A stretch of 64,000 nt of DNA from Candidatus Eiseniibacteriota bacterium (lineage in GTDB: Bacteria; Orphanbacterota; Orphanbacteria; Orphanbacterales; Orphanbacteraceae): NCBI GenBank assembly GCA_029262235.1, contig JAJCZU010000002.1, positions 1,142,927 through 1,206,926 of the forward strand. The letters run 5' to 3'. Below the pieces are notes generated by a model. That model ran no database searches. It saw nothing but the letters and a program-made list of their open reading frames with translations, and was not told the origin of the DNA. The position numbers and the translations under genes were made by a program. How positions within the stretch are numbered: position 1 is the first letter of the stretch; every line of letters begins with the position of its first letter. Below, piece by piece: positions 28,741-37,393 of the stretch.

Positions 28741-29855
28741 GAATCGGCATCACATGCTATCCGAGTGCGGGCGGCTCAGGCGTCATCGCGACGGAACTCG
28801 GCCGTTCGCTCGCGGGCCGCGGCCACGACATTCACTTCATCAGCTACTCGCGTCCGTTCCGCCTTCCGGAGGAGGACGACCACATCCGCTTTCACAAAGT
28901 GAAAACGGTCACCTACCCGCTCTTCAAGTATCCGCCGTACTCACTGGCGCTCGCTGTTCGCATGGCCGAGGTGGCGCGCCGGGAAAAGCTCGATCTGTTT
29001 CACGTGCACTACGCGATTCCTCACGCCACGAGTGCGCTCCTGGCCAACATGATTCTCGAGCCGCACCGCGTCGGCGTCGTGACGACACTCCACGGCACGG
29101 ACATCACACTCGTCGGCAGCGACGAAAGCTTCTTCGAAATCACGAAGCTCAGCATCGAGCGCTCCGACGCCGTTACGGCGGTTTCGGATTTCCTTGCACG
29201 GGAGACGCAGCAGAAACTCGCCGTAAAGCACCCGATTGACGTGATTCCGAACTTCGTCGACGCCCACATGTTCGATACGCATGCCAGTCCGGCGATCCGC
29301 GCCGAAATCGGGCTCGAGGACGGACCCGTGCTGATGCACATTTCGAACTTCCGCAAAGTGAAGAACGTGAAAGATGTCATCCAGCTGTTCGCGGCAGTCC
29401 AGGAATCGACGGGAGCGCAGCTGGTACTCGTGGGCGACGGGCCCGAGCGTATCCCCTCGCGTATCCTTGCGGAAGAGCTCGGCGTTCTCGACCGCATTCT
29501 GTTTCTCGGGAATCGCGTGGAAGTGGGGCAGATTCTGCCGCTCGCGGATGTCCTGCTGCTGCCGAGTACGGTGGAAAGCTTCGGCCTCGTCGCTCTCGAA
29601 GCGATGGCGTGCGGAATCCCCGTCGTCGGATACGACGGCGGCGGCCTTCCCGAGGTGGTTCGGCACGGCACAGACGGCATGCTGGCCCCGCTCGGGAGCG
29701 TGGAAAGAATGATTGAAATGACTCTTGAGCTGCTACAGAATCCAGAGAAACGGGAGGCGATGGGCAAGGCCGCGCGGGAACGGGCCGTGCGTGACTTCGC
29801 GACCGCGTCGATCACGGCACAGTATGAAGCCGTTTACGAACGGGTTCTGCGATGA
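28737..29855 (+). CDS. bshA: N-acetyl-alpha-D-glucosaminyl L-malate synthase (GT4)
   Basis: N-terminus [22 protein letters not shown] matches the BshA-type GT4 signature; 372 aa. Confidence 0.8.
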   Translation: [372 protein letters not shown]

Positions 29856-30229
29856 GCCTGGATCGAATTCTGGACGAGCTCGTCGAGCGGGAACCGCGCT
29901 ATCATCGAGACGCATACATTTTCGTGCTCGAAGCGATCACGTTCACGCAGGCGAAGTTCGTGGAGCCCCGGCATGTTTCGGGGCAGCAGCTTCTGGACGG
30001 TATTCGCGAGTACGCGAGGGAAATTTACGGGCCCACGGCGTGCATGGTGTTCGAACACTGGGGCGCGACCGAGACCCTCGATTTCGGCAGAATGGTTTAC
30101 GCTCTGATCGAAACGGGCCAGGTGAGCAAGCAGCCGGAAGACTCTCTCGAGGATTTTCGAGAGTACTACGATTTCAAGAAAGTGTTCGAAGAGCAGTACA
30201 AGTACATCGACGAGTCTTCTTCGCCCTGA
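29852..30229 (+). CDS. small conserved hypothetical protein
   Basis: 125 aa; ATG overlaps the bshA stop; no recognisable catalytic motif. Confidence 0.5.
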   Translation: MSLDRILDELVEREPRYHRDAYIFVLEAITFTQAKFVEPRHVSGQQLLDGIREYAREIYGPTACMVFEHWGATETLDFGRMVYALIETGQVSKQPEDSLEDFREYYDFKKVFEEQYKYIDESSSP

Positions 30230-30257
30230 ACGCAGTCATCCCGATGGAGCCACTCGA

Positions 30258-31328
30258 ATGGGCGTTCTCGATTTATATTTGCGGTATCAGCGCGCCGTTC
30301 GCCGCGATCGGAACGAAACGATTTCGTTTCGCAAGCAACTCGAGAATCCGAGACGCGTCACCGTGCTCATTCCGGGAGACGACCGCATGCCGGCCGTGGT
30401 CGTACCCGCGCTTCGTCTTCTCCGCGCCCATCATCCCCATGTTCGGATCGTGCTCGTCGCGGGCCCGGACAACATCGACGCGATTCGCAAGGAGAAGATG
30501 GCGGACAAATCCATCGTCTTTCATCGCAAGCGCGGCACGACGCAGATCGGTGAGATCAAGCGCGTCGCGAAAGAAGTCAGCAAGCTCGCTCCCGAACTGC
30601 TGCTCCTGTTCGATCCGGAAAACGAACCGTCGCTCCTGGCGCTTGCCGAGGCCACGGGAACACCGCTTCGCGTCGGCTTCGGAGACGGCGCCCACTATCC
30701 TTATCTGAACTTCCAACTGGCCCCGCCTGAAAAAGAACTCTATCTCGCGGATGCGTTTCTGAAGCTCGTCGGCTCGCTCACGGGCGAGTTCGTCGACTTT
30801 CTGGACGATCGCGTCCGCCTTCGCATTCCGGAAGCGGATGTCACGCGCGCCACCCGTCTTCTTCATTTCTGGCAGCCGAAATCGGACAAGCTCCTCTTTG
30901 CGATCGAGCCGCCCGCGGGCGGACGAGACGCCGACATCCAGAAGTACGCGGGCATTGCGAGGCTTCTCTTAAAAGCCTACGACGCACGGATCATGGTGCT
31001 CACCGAACCGCGCGAGAAGTCTGCAGGAGAAGCGCTCGAGCAGAAGCTGGGCGCGATCGAACCGTATCGGGCACCGGTAGAGGGGATGCACGAATCGATC
31101 GCGTTCCTCTCGCGGGTCGATCTCTTCGTAGGCCCGAACGCGCCCCTGTTTCATCACGCCGTCGCGATGGGCACGCCCGCTGTCGGGCTCTTCACGGGGA
31201 ACGACGCGTGCTGGTGGTATCCGCCTCACGACGTGCGCGCGCGCGCCCTTGATCTCGGCCGCAAGATGACGGAAGAGACGTTTCTGAAGGCGGTGCAGGA
31301 AGTCGGCGCGCCGGAGGACGCTTCTTGA
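30258..31328 (+). CDS. glycosyltransferase family 9-like protein (divergent heptosyltransferase-like)
   Basis: C-terminal block DLFVGPNAPLFHHAVAMGTPAVGLFTGND resembles the GT9 nucleotide-sugar-binding motif; the N-terminal half is divergent; start uncertain. Confidence 0.6.
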   Translation: MGVLDLYLRYQRAVRRDRNETISFRKQLENPRRVTVLIPGDDRMPAVVVPALRLLRAHHPHVRIVLVAGPDNIDAIRKEKMADKSIVFHRKRGTTQIGEIKRVAKEVSKLAPELLLLFDPENEPSLLALAEATGTPLRVGFGDGAHYPYLNFQLAPPEKELYLADAFLKLVGSLTGEFVDFLDDRVRLRIPEADVTRATRLLHFWQPKSDKLLFAIEPPAGGRDADIQKYAGIARLLLKAYDARIMVLTEPREKSAGEALEQKLGAIEPYRAPVEGMHESIAFLSRVDLFVGPNAPLFHHAVAMGTPAVGLFTGNDACWWYPPHDVRARALDLGRKMTEETFLKAVQEVGAPEDAS

Positions 31329-33205
31329 ACGATCTCCGGCGTTTGTTTGCCTACGTGAAACCGTGGTGGAAGCTTCTGCTCGGCGGGCTCTTCTGCACGT
31401 TCCTTTTCGCGCTCTTTTCCGGCATCTCGATCGGCATGATTCTGCCGTTCACGAAAATCCTGTTTGAACAGGAGATCCCCCCGGCAGGCATCACGGTCGC
31501 CGATCCCGCCGGCATTTCCGAAGAGGCGCTCTTTCCGCAGATCGAAGTATGGAAAGAAACCGGGCGCGCCTGGTTCATGGGTCTCTTCGCGGATGCCGAC
31601 CCGAAAGCCGCGCTTCTGCGTGTGTGCATCGGCGTGTTCGTAATCTTTCTGATCAAAGGACTCTTCAATTACTATCGCCAGATCTTCATGGCCACGCTCG
31701 AAGAGCGCGTGATCAAGGACATCCGCGACCATCTCTATCATCATATGGAACGGCTCCCGCTTTCGTATTTCGAGAAGGAACGGACCGGTGTCATCATTTC
31801 GCGTATTACGAACGACGTACAACTCGTACGGGAAATGGTCGGCAACCTGTTCTCGGCGTTCACACAGAATGCCTCGCTTCTGCTGATCTTTCTCGTCGTC
31901 GCGCTGATCATCAACTGGCAGATGGCGATGCTCTCGTTCCTCGTGTTTCCGCTGATCGCGCTTTTCACGGCTAAAATTTCGAAGAGGCTCAGGCGGCACA
32001 GCGCACGTTTTCAGGAAGACATGGGGCGGATTACGAGCACGCTGCAGGAGACCATCGCCGGCATCCGGATCGTGAAGGCGTTCGGCATGGAGCGCTTCGA
32101 AGAGGCGAAGTTCGCGAAACAAACGGAGAGTTATCTGCAGTCGTTCATTCGCTTCAAGCGAACCTCGATCCTCGCGAGCCCGATTTCCGAACAACTCGGC
32201 GCGCTCGGCGCCATCATCGTGCTCTGGTACGGCGGGAACCAGGTCCTCGACGGAAACAGGCTCGCCCCCGAGGAGTTCTTTCTCTTTCTCGCCGCGGTGC
32301 TCAACATGATGCAGCCGATCAGAAAGCTGAGCCACGTGAACACCGTCGTGCAGCAGGGCCTCGCCGCGGCGCGACGGATCTTTTTCGTGCTCGACACACC
32401 GATCGAACCGCGATCCGCGGGGGGCGCGCGGATCGAAGGCGTGCACGACGCGATCGCGTTCGAGAACGTTTCGTTTTCGTACGACAACGCCGCGCCGGCT
32501 CTCAGCGACATCACGCTTCGCATCGAGGCCGGTACGATGGTCGCGCTGGTCGGACCGTCGGGGGCGGGGAAGTCGACGCTCGCCGACCTCGTGGCGCGCT
32601 TTCACTCTCCCACGTCCGGGAGGATCACGATCGACGGCCTCGATCTTCAGGAAATCGAAATCGAATCGCTTCGGGAGAACATGGGCATCGTCACGCAGGA
32701 GGTCATCCTTTTCAACGACAGCGTGAGAGACAACATCGCGTACGGAAAGAGCGAGATCCCCGAGGAGACGCTTCGTCATGCGGCACGCGCCGCGAGCGCG
32801 GACGAATTCATCACGAACCTGCCGGACGGGTATGAAACGATCGTGGGCGACCGCGGTGTTCGGCTTTCGGGCGGCGAGCGTCAGCGCCTTGCGATTGCGC
32901 GCGCGATTCTGAAAGACCCGCCGATTCTGATTCTCGACGAGGCCACATCGAATCTCGACACGCAATCGGAAGCGCTCGTGCAGGCGGCCGTCGAGAATCT
33001 CGTGAAAGATCGCACGACGCTCGCGATCGCCCATCGGCTCTCGACCATCCTGCGCGCCCACCGGATCCTCGTTCTCGACCACGGACGAATCGTCGAAGAG
33101 GGGACACACGAAGACCTCGTGGGGCGGGGCGGTCTCTATTCCCGCCTGTTCGAAATGCAGTTTGCGGAGAGTGATCGCGCCCGGACCAGCCCGCCCGCGC
33201 GATGA
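31325..33205 (+). CDS. msbA: lipid A export ABC transporter (fused permease/ATPase)
   Basis: 626 aa; N-terminal 6-TM exporter domain; Walker A GPSGAGKST, signature LSGGERQR, Walker B ILILDEATS. Confidence 0.85.
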   Translation: MNDLRRLFAYVKPWWKLLLGGLFCTFLFALFSGISIGMILPFTKILFEQEIPPAGITVADPAGISEEALFPQIEVWKETGRAWFMGLFADADPKAALLRVCIGVFVIFLIKGLFNYYRQIFMATLEERVIKDIRDHLYHHMERLPLSYFEKERTGVIISRITNDVQLVREMVGNLFSAFTQNASLLLIFLVVALIINWQMAMLSFLVFPLIALFTAKISKRLRRHSARFQEDMGRITSTLQETIAGIRIVKAFGMERFEEAKFAKQTESYLQSFIRFKRTSILASPISEQLGALGAIIVLWYGGNQVLDGNRLAPEEFFLFLAAVLNMMQPIRKLSHVNTVVQQGLAAARRIFFVLDTPIEPRSAGGARIEGVHDAIAFENVSFSYDNAAPALSDITLRIEAGTMVALVGPSGAGKSTLADLVARFHSPTSGRITIDGLDLQEIEIESLRENMGIVTQEVILFNDSVRDNIAYGKSEIPEETLRHAARAASADEFITNLPDGYETIVGDRGVRLSGGERQRLAIARAILKDPPILILDEATSNLDTQSEALVQAAVENLVKDRTTLAIAHRLSTILRAHRILVLDHGRIVEEGTHEDLVGRGGLYSRLFEMQFAESDRARTSPPAR

Positions 33206-34206
33206 AGACGCGATCCCCCCGCACGATTCTGATCATCCGCCTCGGACGCCTCGGCGACCTCGTGCTGACCGCGGCCATGACGCGCGAAACGAAGCGCGCG
33301 TTCCCGGACGCCACGATCACGTTCGTGACGGCGCCCGTGTACGAAAGCGTGGCACGGCTTCTCCCGGGCATCGACACGGTCGTGCCCATTCCGAAAACGG
33401 GACTCTCTGAGCTCCGCGAAACCGTAGCCGCTTCGCTCCCCGATTCCTTCGACTGGATCATCGACCTGCACGGGAACGCGCGCAGCAAGACGATCGCGGG
33501 CGCGATCCGGGCCGATCGCCGGTCGACGTACCCGAAGGACAGCATGCGACGCCGCATTCTCGTCTGGTTCAAGCGGGGCCGCGGAAAAGGGGCGCCGGTC
33601 TGGCGGCGGTATCTCGCTCCACTCGAGAGGGCCGGCATCGCGCCGGAATACTCCCCGCCAGCTCTTCTGCCCGTGTCCGGCAGCGGCGTGCCCGGGGCGA
33701 TCGTGCTGGCGCCAGGGGCGGGGAGACCCACCAAACAGTGGCCGATCAACAAGTTTGCAGATCTTTCTAAGAAACTGCTCGAATCGTTTCCTGACCGATC
33801 TCTCGTGGTGGCGCTCGGTCCCGGCGAAGAGGACCTCGGGGCCCGGCTGGATCCCGACGGGAATGACCGCATACGGAAGCTCGTGGCCGCGCCGCTTTCC
33901 GCCCTGGCCTGCCATCTTCGGGACGCCGCTGTGGTGGTTTCGAACGATTCGGGCCTTCTTCATTTTGCGGAAGCCGTTGGTACGCCGGTTGTTGCGTTGT
34001 TCGGCCCGACCACGGAGGAACTCGGATTCGCCCCCGCGGGTACAAGAAGCACACGGATCGAAAAAGATCTCGCCTGCCGACCCTGCTCTCTTCACGGGAG
34101 CCAGACCTGCCCACTTCCGGATCGAAGCCACCGCTGCATGGAGGAGATCTCCGTGGATGAGGTGCTGGCCGCGGTTCGCGAAACGGCGGGTGGCCGGGCA
34201 CTCTGA
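33202..34206 (+). CDS. glycosyltransferase family 9 (LPS heptosyltransferase-like)
   Basis: N-terminal ILIIRLGRLGDLVLT and C-terminal VVSNDSGLLHFAEAVGTPVVALFGPT motifs of GT9. Confidence 0.8.
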   Translation: MKTRSPRTILIIRLGRLGDLVLTAAMTRETKRAFPDATITFVTAPVYESVARLLPGIDTVVPIPKTGLSELRETVAASLPDSFDWIIDLHGNARSKTIAGAIRADRRSTYPKDSMRRRILVWFKRGRGKGAPVWRRYLAPLERAGIAPEYSPPALLPVSGSGVPGAIVLAPGAGRPTKQWPINKFADLSKKLLESFPDRSLVVALGPGEEDLGARLDPDGNDRIRKLVAAPLSALACHLRDAAVVVSNDSGLLHFAEAVGTPVVALFGPTTEELGFAPAGTRSTRIEKDLACRPCSLHGSQTCPLPDRSHRCMEEISVDEVLAAVRETAGGRAL

Positions 34207-34240
34207 GATCCGCTAGTATGCATCAGTTCAGGAGGAACCC

Positions 34241-34825
34241 GTGGGGCAGCGAGCCGTATTTCTTGATCGTGACGGAACCGTAAATCGGCAGGTCGGCTAT
34301 CCGAACCATGTCTCGCGTCTCCGCGTCTATCCGTTCACGGCGGAGGCGATCCGAAAGGTCAACGATCGCGGCATCCCCGTGATCGTCGTGACGAATCAGT
34401 CGGGTGTCGCGCGCGGCCTCTATCCTGAAAGCGTGGTGCTCGAAACGAACGAGGCGCTCCAGGCGGAACTGGCTGAAGGAGGGGCGAGGATCGACGCGAT
34501 TTACTATTGCCCGCATCATCCGACCGCGGGAGATCATCCCACGCCATGCGACTGTCGCAAACCGGCGACGGGGATGGCCGAGCAGGCGGCTCGCGAGCAC
34601 GGACTCGACCTCGGACGCTCGTTCCTTGTGGGGGACAGCCCGTCGGATATCGAAATGGCGGTCCGGGCCGGCATGCGAAGCGTGCTCGTTCTGACCGGGT
34701 ACGGCCTCGGCGAAGCAACGTACCGCCGGGAGCAGTGGAAGAATGAGCCCGATTGTATCAGTGAGAATTTAAACACGGCCGTGGACTGGATCCTGAGCCG
34801 GATCGACGAGGAGAATGACGAATGA
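34241..34825 (+). CDS. gmhB: D-glycero-D-manno-heptose 1,7-bisphosphate phosphatase (HAD family)
   Basis: HAD motif I FLDRDGT; about 194 aa; GTG start preceded by AGGAGG. Confidence 0.75.
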   Translation: MGQRAVFLDRDGTVNRQVGYPNHVSRLRVYPFTAEAIRKVNDRGIPVIVVTNQSGVARGLYPESVVLETNEALQAELAEGGARIDAIYYCPHHPTAGDHPTPCDCRKPATGMAEQAAREHGLDLGRSFLVGDSPSDIEMAVRAGMRSVLVLTGYGLGEATYRREQWKNEPDCISENLNTAVDWILSRIDEENDE

Positions 34826-35553
34826 AATGGAACCGAGCCATTCCGGCGGCTGCCGGAGTCCTCTGCGTTCTTCTTGCGCTGTCCTCGCCGGCGGGAGCCC
34901 GTCCGGGTCCATCGGAAAAGGGCGAGAAGTTTACGTTTCAGATCCAGTACGGAATCATCAAGGCGGGCACCGCCACGATCGAATACCGGCCTGACCGCAA
35001 CGGCCTCTGGCTGATCGAGTCGCGCGCGGCTTCGAACTCGTTCTTCGACAGGTTCTTCAAAGTGCGGGACCGCGTTTCCGCGTGGGTCGAACCGGGTACC
35101 ATGCGATCGGTCAGGTTCGAAAAGGAACTGCGCGAAGGAAGTTACGACAAAGACGAGTACGTCGATTTCGACTGGGACAGAAACCTCGCGATCTATGGAG
35201 ACGGAGCGGAAGTACCGATCACGGATGGCGTGTACGACGTGCTTTCCGTCTTCTACTACGTGCGCACGCTCCGCATGCCGCTCGGCGGACGCATCCCGGT
35301 TACGTATCACTCGAGCAAGAAAAACTGGCCGGTGCACGTCGACGTTCATCGCGTCGAGACGATCAAAACGCCGGCGGGCGAGTTCCGGTGCATCAAGATC
35401 GAGCCGCATCTGGAAAGCGTCGGCGTTTTCAATCAGAAGGGGAAGCTCTCGGTCTGGATTACGGCAGACGAGAGAAGAATGCCGGTGAAGCTGGAGAGCA
35501 AAGTCATCTTCGGGGCGTTCGAGGCCGTTCTCACCGATTACACGTCGGGATGA
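34822..35553 (+). CDS. secreted hypothetical protein (DUF3108-like)
   Basis: 243 aa with signal peptide; family call is by overall resemblance only. Confidence 0.45.
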   Translation: MKWNRAIPAAAGVLCVLLALSSPAGARPGPSEKGEKFTFQIQYGIIKAGTATIEYRPDRNGLWLIESRAASNSFFDRFFKVRDRVSAWVEPGTMRSVRFEKELREGSYDKDEYVDFDWDRNLAIYGDGAEVPITDGVYDVLSVFYYVRTLRMPLGGRIPVTYHSSKKNWPVHVDVHRVETIKTPAGEFRCIKIEPHLESVGVFNQKGKLSVWITADERRMPVKLESKVIFGAFEAVLTDYTSG

Positions 35554-35560
35554 TCGGTCG

Positions 35561-36610
35561 CTATTCCTGTGCGGGCGCATCCTTTTCGCGCCGCGCATTG
35601 GCCAGACGATCGTCGTACCAGGACGCGAAGAACTGCGCCCATGACGGACGCCGGCGAATCGCTTCCCACCAGTCCGCGTTATCCCTGTACCACGCCACCG
35701 TTCTGTCGATCCCGCCTTCGAATGAAACCGCGGGCTTCCAGCCGAGGTCGCGTTCGATTTTCGCAGGGTCGATCGCATAGCGCCAGTCGTGGCCGGGTCG
35801 GTCCTTCACGAAGCGGATGAGTTCCGGCGACCGACCGAGACGCGTCAGAATCTCACGGACGATTTCGAGGTTCGGGCGTTCCGCGCGCGATCCGATATTG
35901 TAGACATCGCCGATCGTTCCCTTCTCGAGCACCGCGTGGATCGCCGCGCAGTGATCCTCCACGAAAATCCAGTCGCGCACGTTCGAACCGTCGCCGTAAA
36001 CGGGCAGCGTCTTCTCTTCGAGCGCCCGGATCGTCATGAGCGGGATCAGCTTTTCGGGAAACTGGAACGGCCCGTAGTTGTTGCAGCAGCGGGTGACCAT
36101 GGCGGGTACACCGTGCGTCTCGACATACGAACGCACGAAGAGATCCGCGGCGGCCTTGCTCGCGGCATACGGGCTGTTCGGCTGAATAGGGCTGCTCTCG
36201 GAGAACGCGCCGGTCTCGCCGAGCGAGCCGTACACTTCGTCGGTGGAGATCTGAACGAAGCGCGACGGCTTGTGAACACGGGCGGCTTCGAGAAGAACGA
36301 GCGTGCCTTCCACGTTCGTCCTGTAAAACGACGAGGCGTCGAGAATGCTGCGGTCGACGTGCGACTCGGCCGCGAAATGAACGACGGCGTCACAGCCGCG
36401 CATGACCGCGTCCACCGCTTTCGCGTCGGCAATGTCGCCCTGCACGAACCGGTAGCGGGGATCACTTTCAACATCCCGCAGGTTCTCTTCGTTCGCCACT
36501 TCCGTAAGCTTGTCGAAGTTGACCACCTGCGCGTCAGGACGGTTCGCGAGCACCCAGTGCACGTAATTCGAACCGATGAAGCCGGCGCCGCCTGTCACGA
36601 GAAGCTTCAC
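35561..36610 (-). CDS. rfbB: dTDP-glucose 4,6-dehydratase
   Basis: Extended SDR with GGAGFIGS and YAASK; GTG start at 36610 overlaps the rmlA stop (GTGA). The longer ORF-track start at 36700 is rejected. Confidence 0.9.
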   Translation of the reverse strand: MKLLVTGGAGFIGSNYVHWVLANRPDAQVVNFDKLTEVANEENLRDVESDPRYRFVQGDIADAKAVDAVMRGCDAVVHFAAESHVDRSILDASSFYRTNVEGTLVLLEAARVHKPSRFVQISTDEVYGSLGETGAFSESSPIQPNSPYAASKAAADLFVRSYVETHGVPAMVTRCCNNYGPFQFPEKLIPLMTIRALEEKTLPVYGDGSNVRDWIFVEDHCAAIHAVLEKGTIGDVYNIGSRAERPNLEIVREILTRLGRSPELIRFVKDRPGHDWRYAIDPAKIERDLGWKPAVSFEGGIDRTVAWYRDNADWWEAIRRRPSWAQFFASWYDDRLANARREKDAPAQE

Positions 36611-37329
36611 GACATCTTCTTCCTGGCCACGAGTTCGTTCGCGCGGTAGAGGGAGGGGAATGTGCCGGCATCCGTCCACCATCCCTCGAGTTCGTTCCAC
36701 GTGAGTTCGCCGCGGTCAATGTACGCGTTGTTCACGTCGGTGATCTCGAGTTCGCCCCGGTCGGACGGCCGCAGCGTCTTGATGATTTCGAAAACGTTCG
36801 CATCGTAGAGATACACACCGGTTACGGCGTAGTGGGAGAGAGGCGTTTTCGGCTTCTCGACGATCCGCACCACGCGATCGCCATCGAGTTCGGCAACACC
36901 GAAGCGTTCCGGATCGCTCACTTCCTTGAGCAGGATCTTCGCGCCGCGCTTCTGTTTCGCGAAATCTTCGACAGCCCCGCGAATGCTCGACTCGATAATG
37001 TTGTCGCCGAGAATGACGCACACCGGATCGCCGCCCGCGAAGTACGCGGCCAGCCCGAGGGCTTCGGCGATGCCGCCTTCGCCTTCCTGATACGTGTAAT
37101 TCAGATGCTCGAGCCCGAATTCCTTGCCGTTTCCGAGCAGCGTGAGAAAATCGCCCGCATCGTTCCCGCCGGTCACGATCAGAATGTCCGTAATGCCCGC
37201 GTCGACGAGGGTCTGAATCGGGTAGTAGATCATTGGTTTGTCGTAAACGGGAAGCAGATGCTTGTTCGTCACTTTCGTGAGCGGATGAAGACGAGTGCCG
37301 AGGCCCCCCGCCAGTACGATGCCCTTCAT
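36607..37329 (-). CDS. rfbA: glucose-1-phosphate thymidylyltransferase
   Basis: Starts MKGIVLAGGLGTRLHPLT; the ORF-track upstream extension to 37416 overlaps metH and is rejected. Confidence 0.9.
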   Translation of the reverse strand: MKGIVLAGGLGTRLHPLTKVTNKHLLPVYDKPMIYYPIQTLVDAGITDILIVTGGNDAGDFLTLLGNGKEFGLEHLNYTYQEGEGGIAEALGLAAYFAGGDPVCVILGDNIIESSIRGAVEDFAKQKRGAKILLKEVSDPERFGVAELDGDRVVRIVEKPKTPLSHYAVTGVYLYDANVFEIIKTLRPSDRGELEITDVNNAYIDRGELTWNELEGWWTDAGTFPSLYRANELVARKKMS

Positions 37330-37393
37330 ATCGTCAATCGTCCTTCTGCTTGGTGTAACAGGTTGTGGAGTCGTGATAATACCACGCCGGCCG

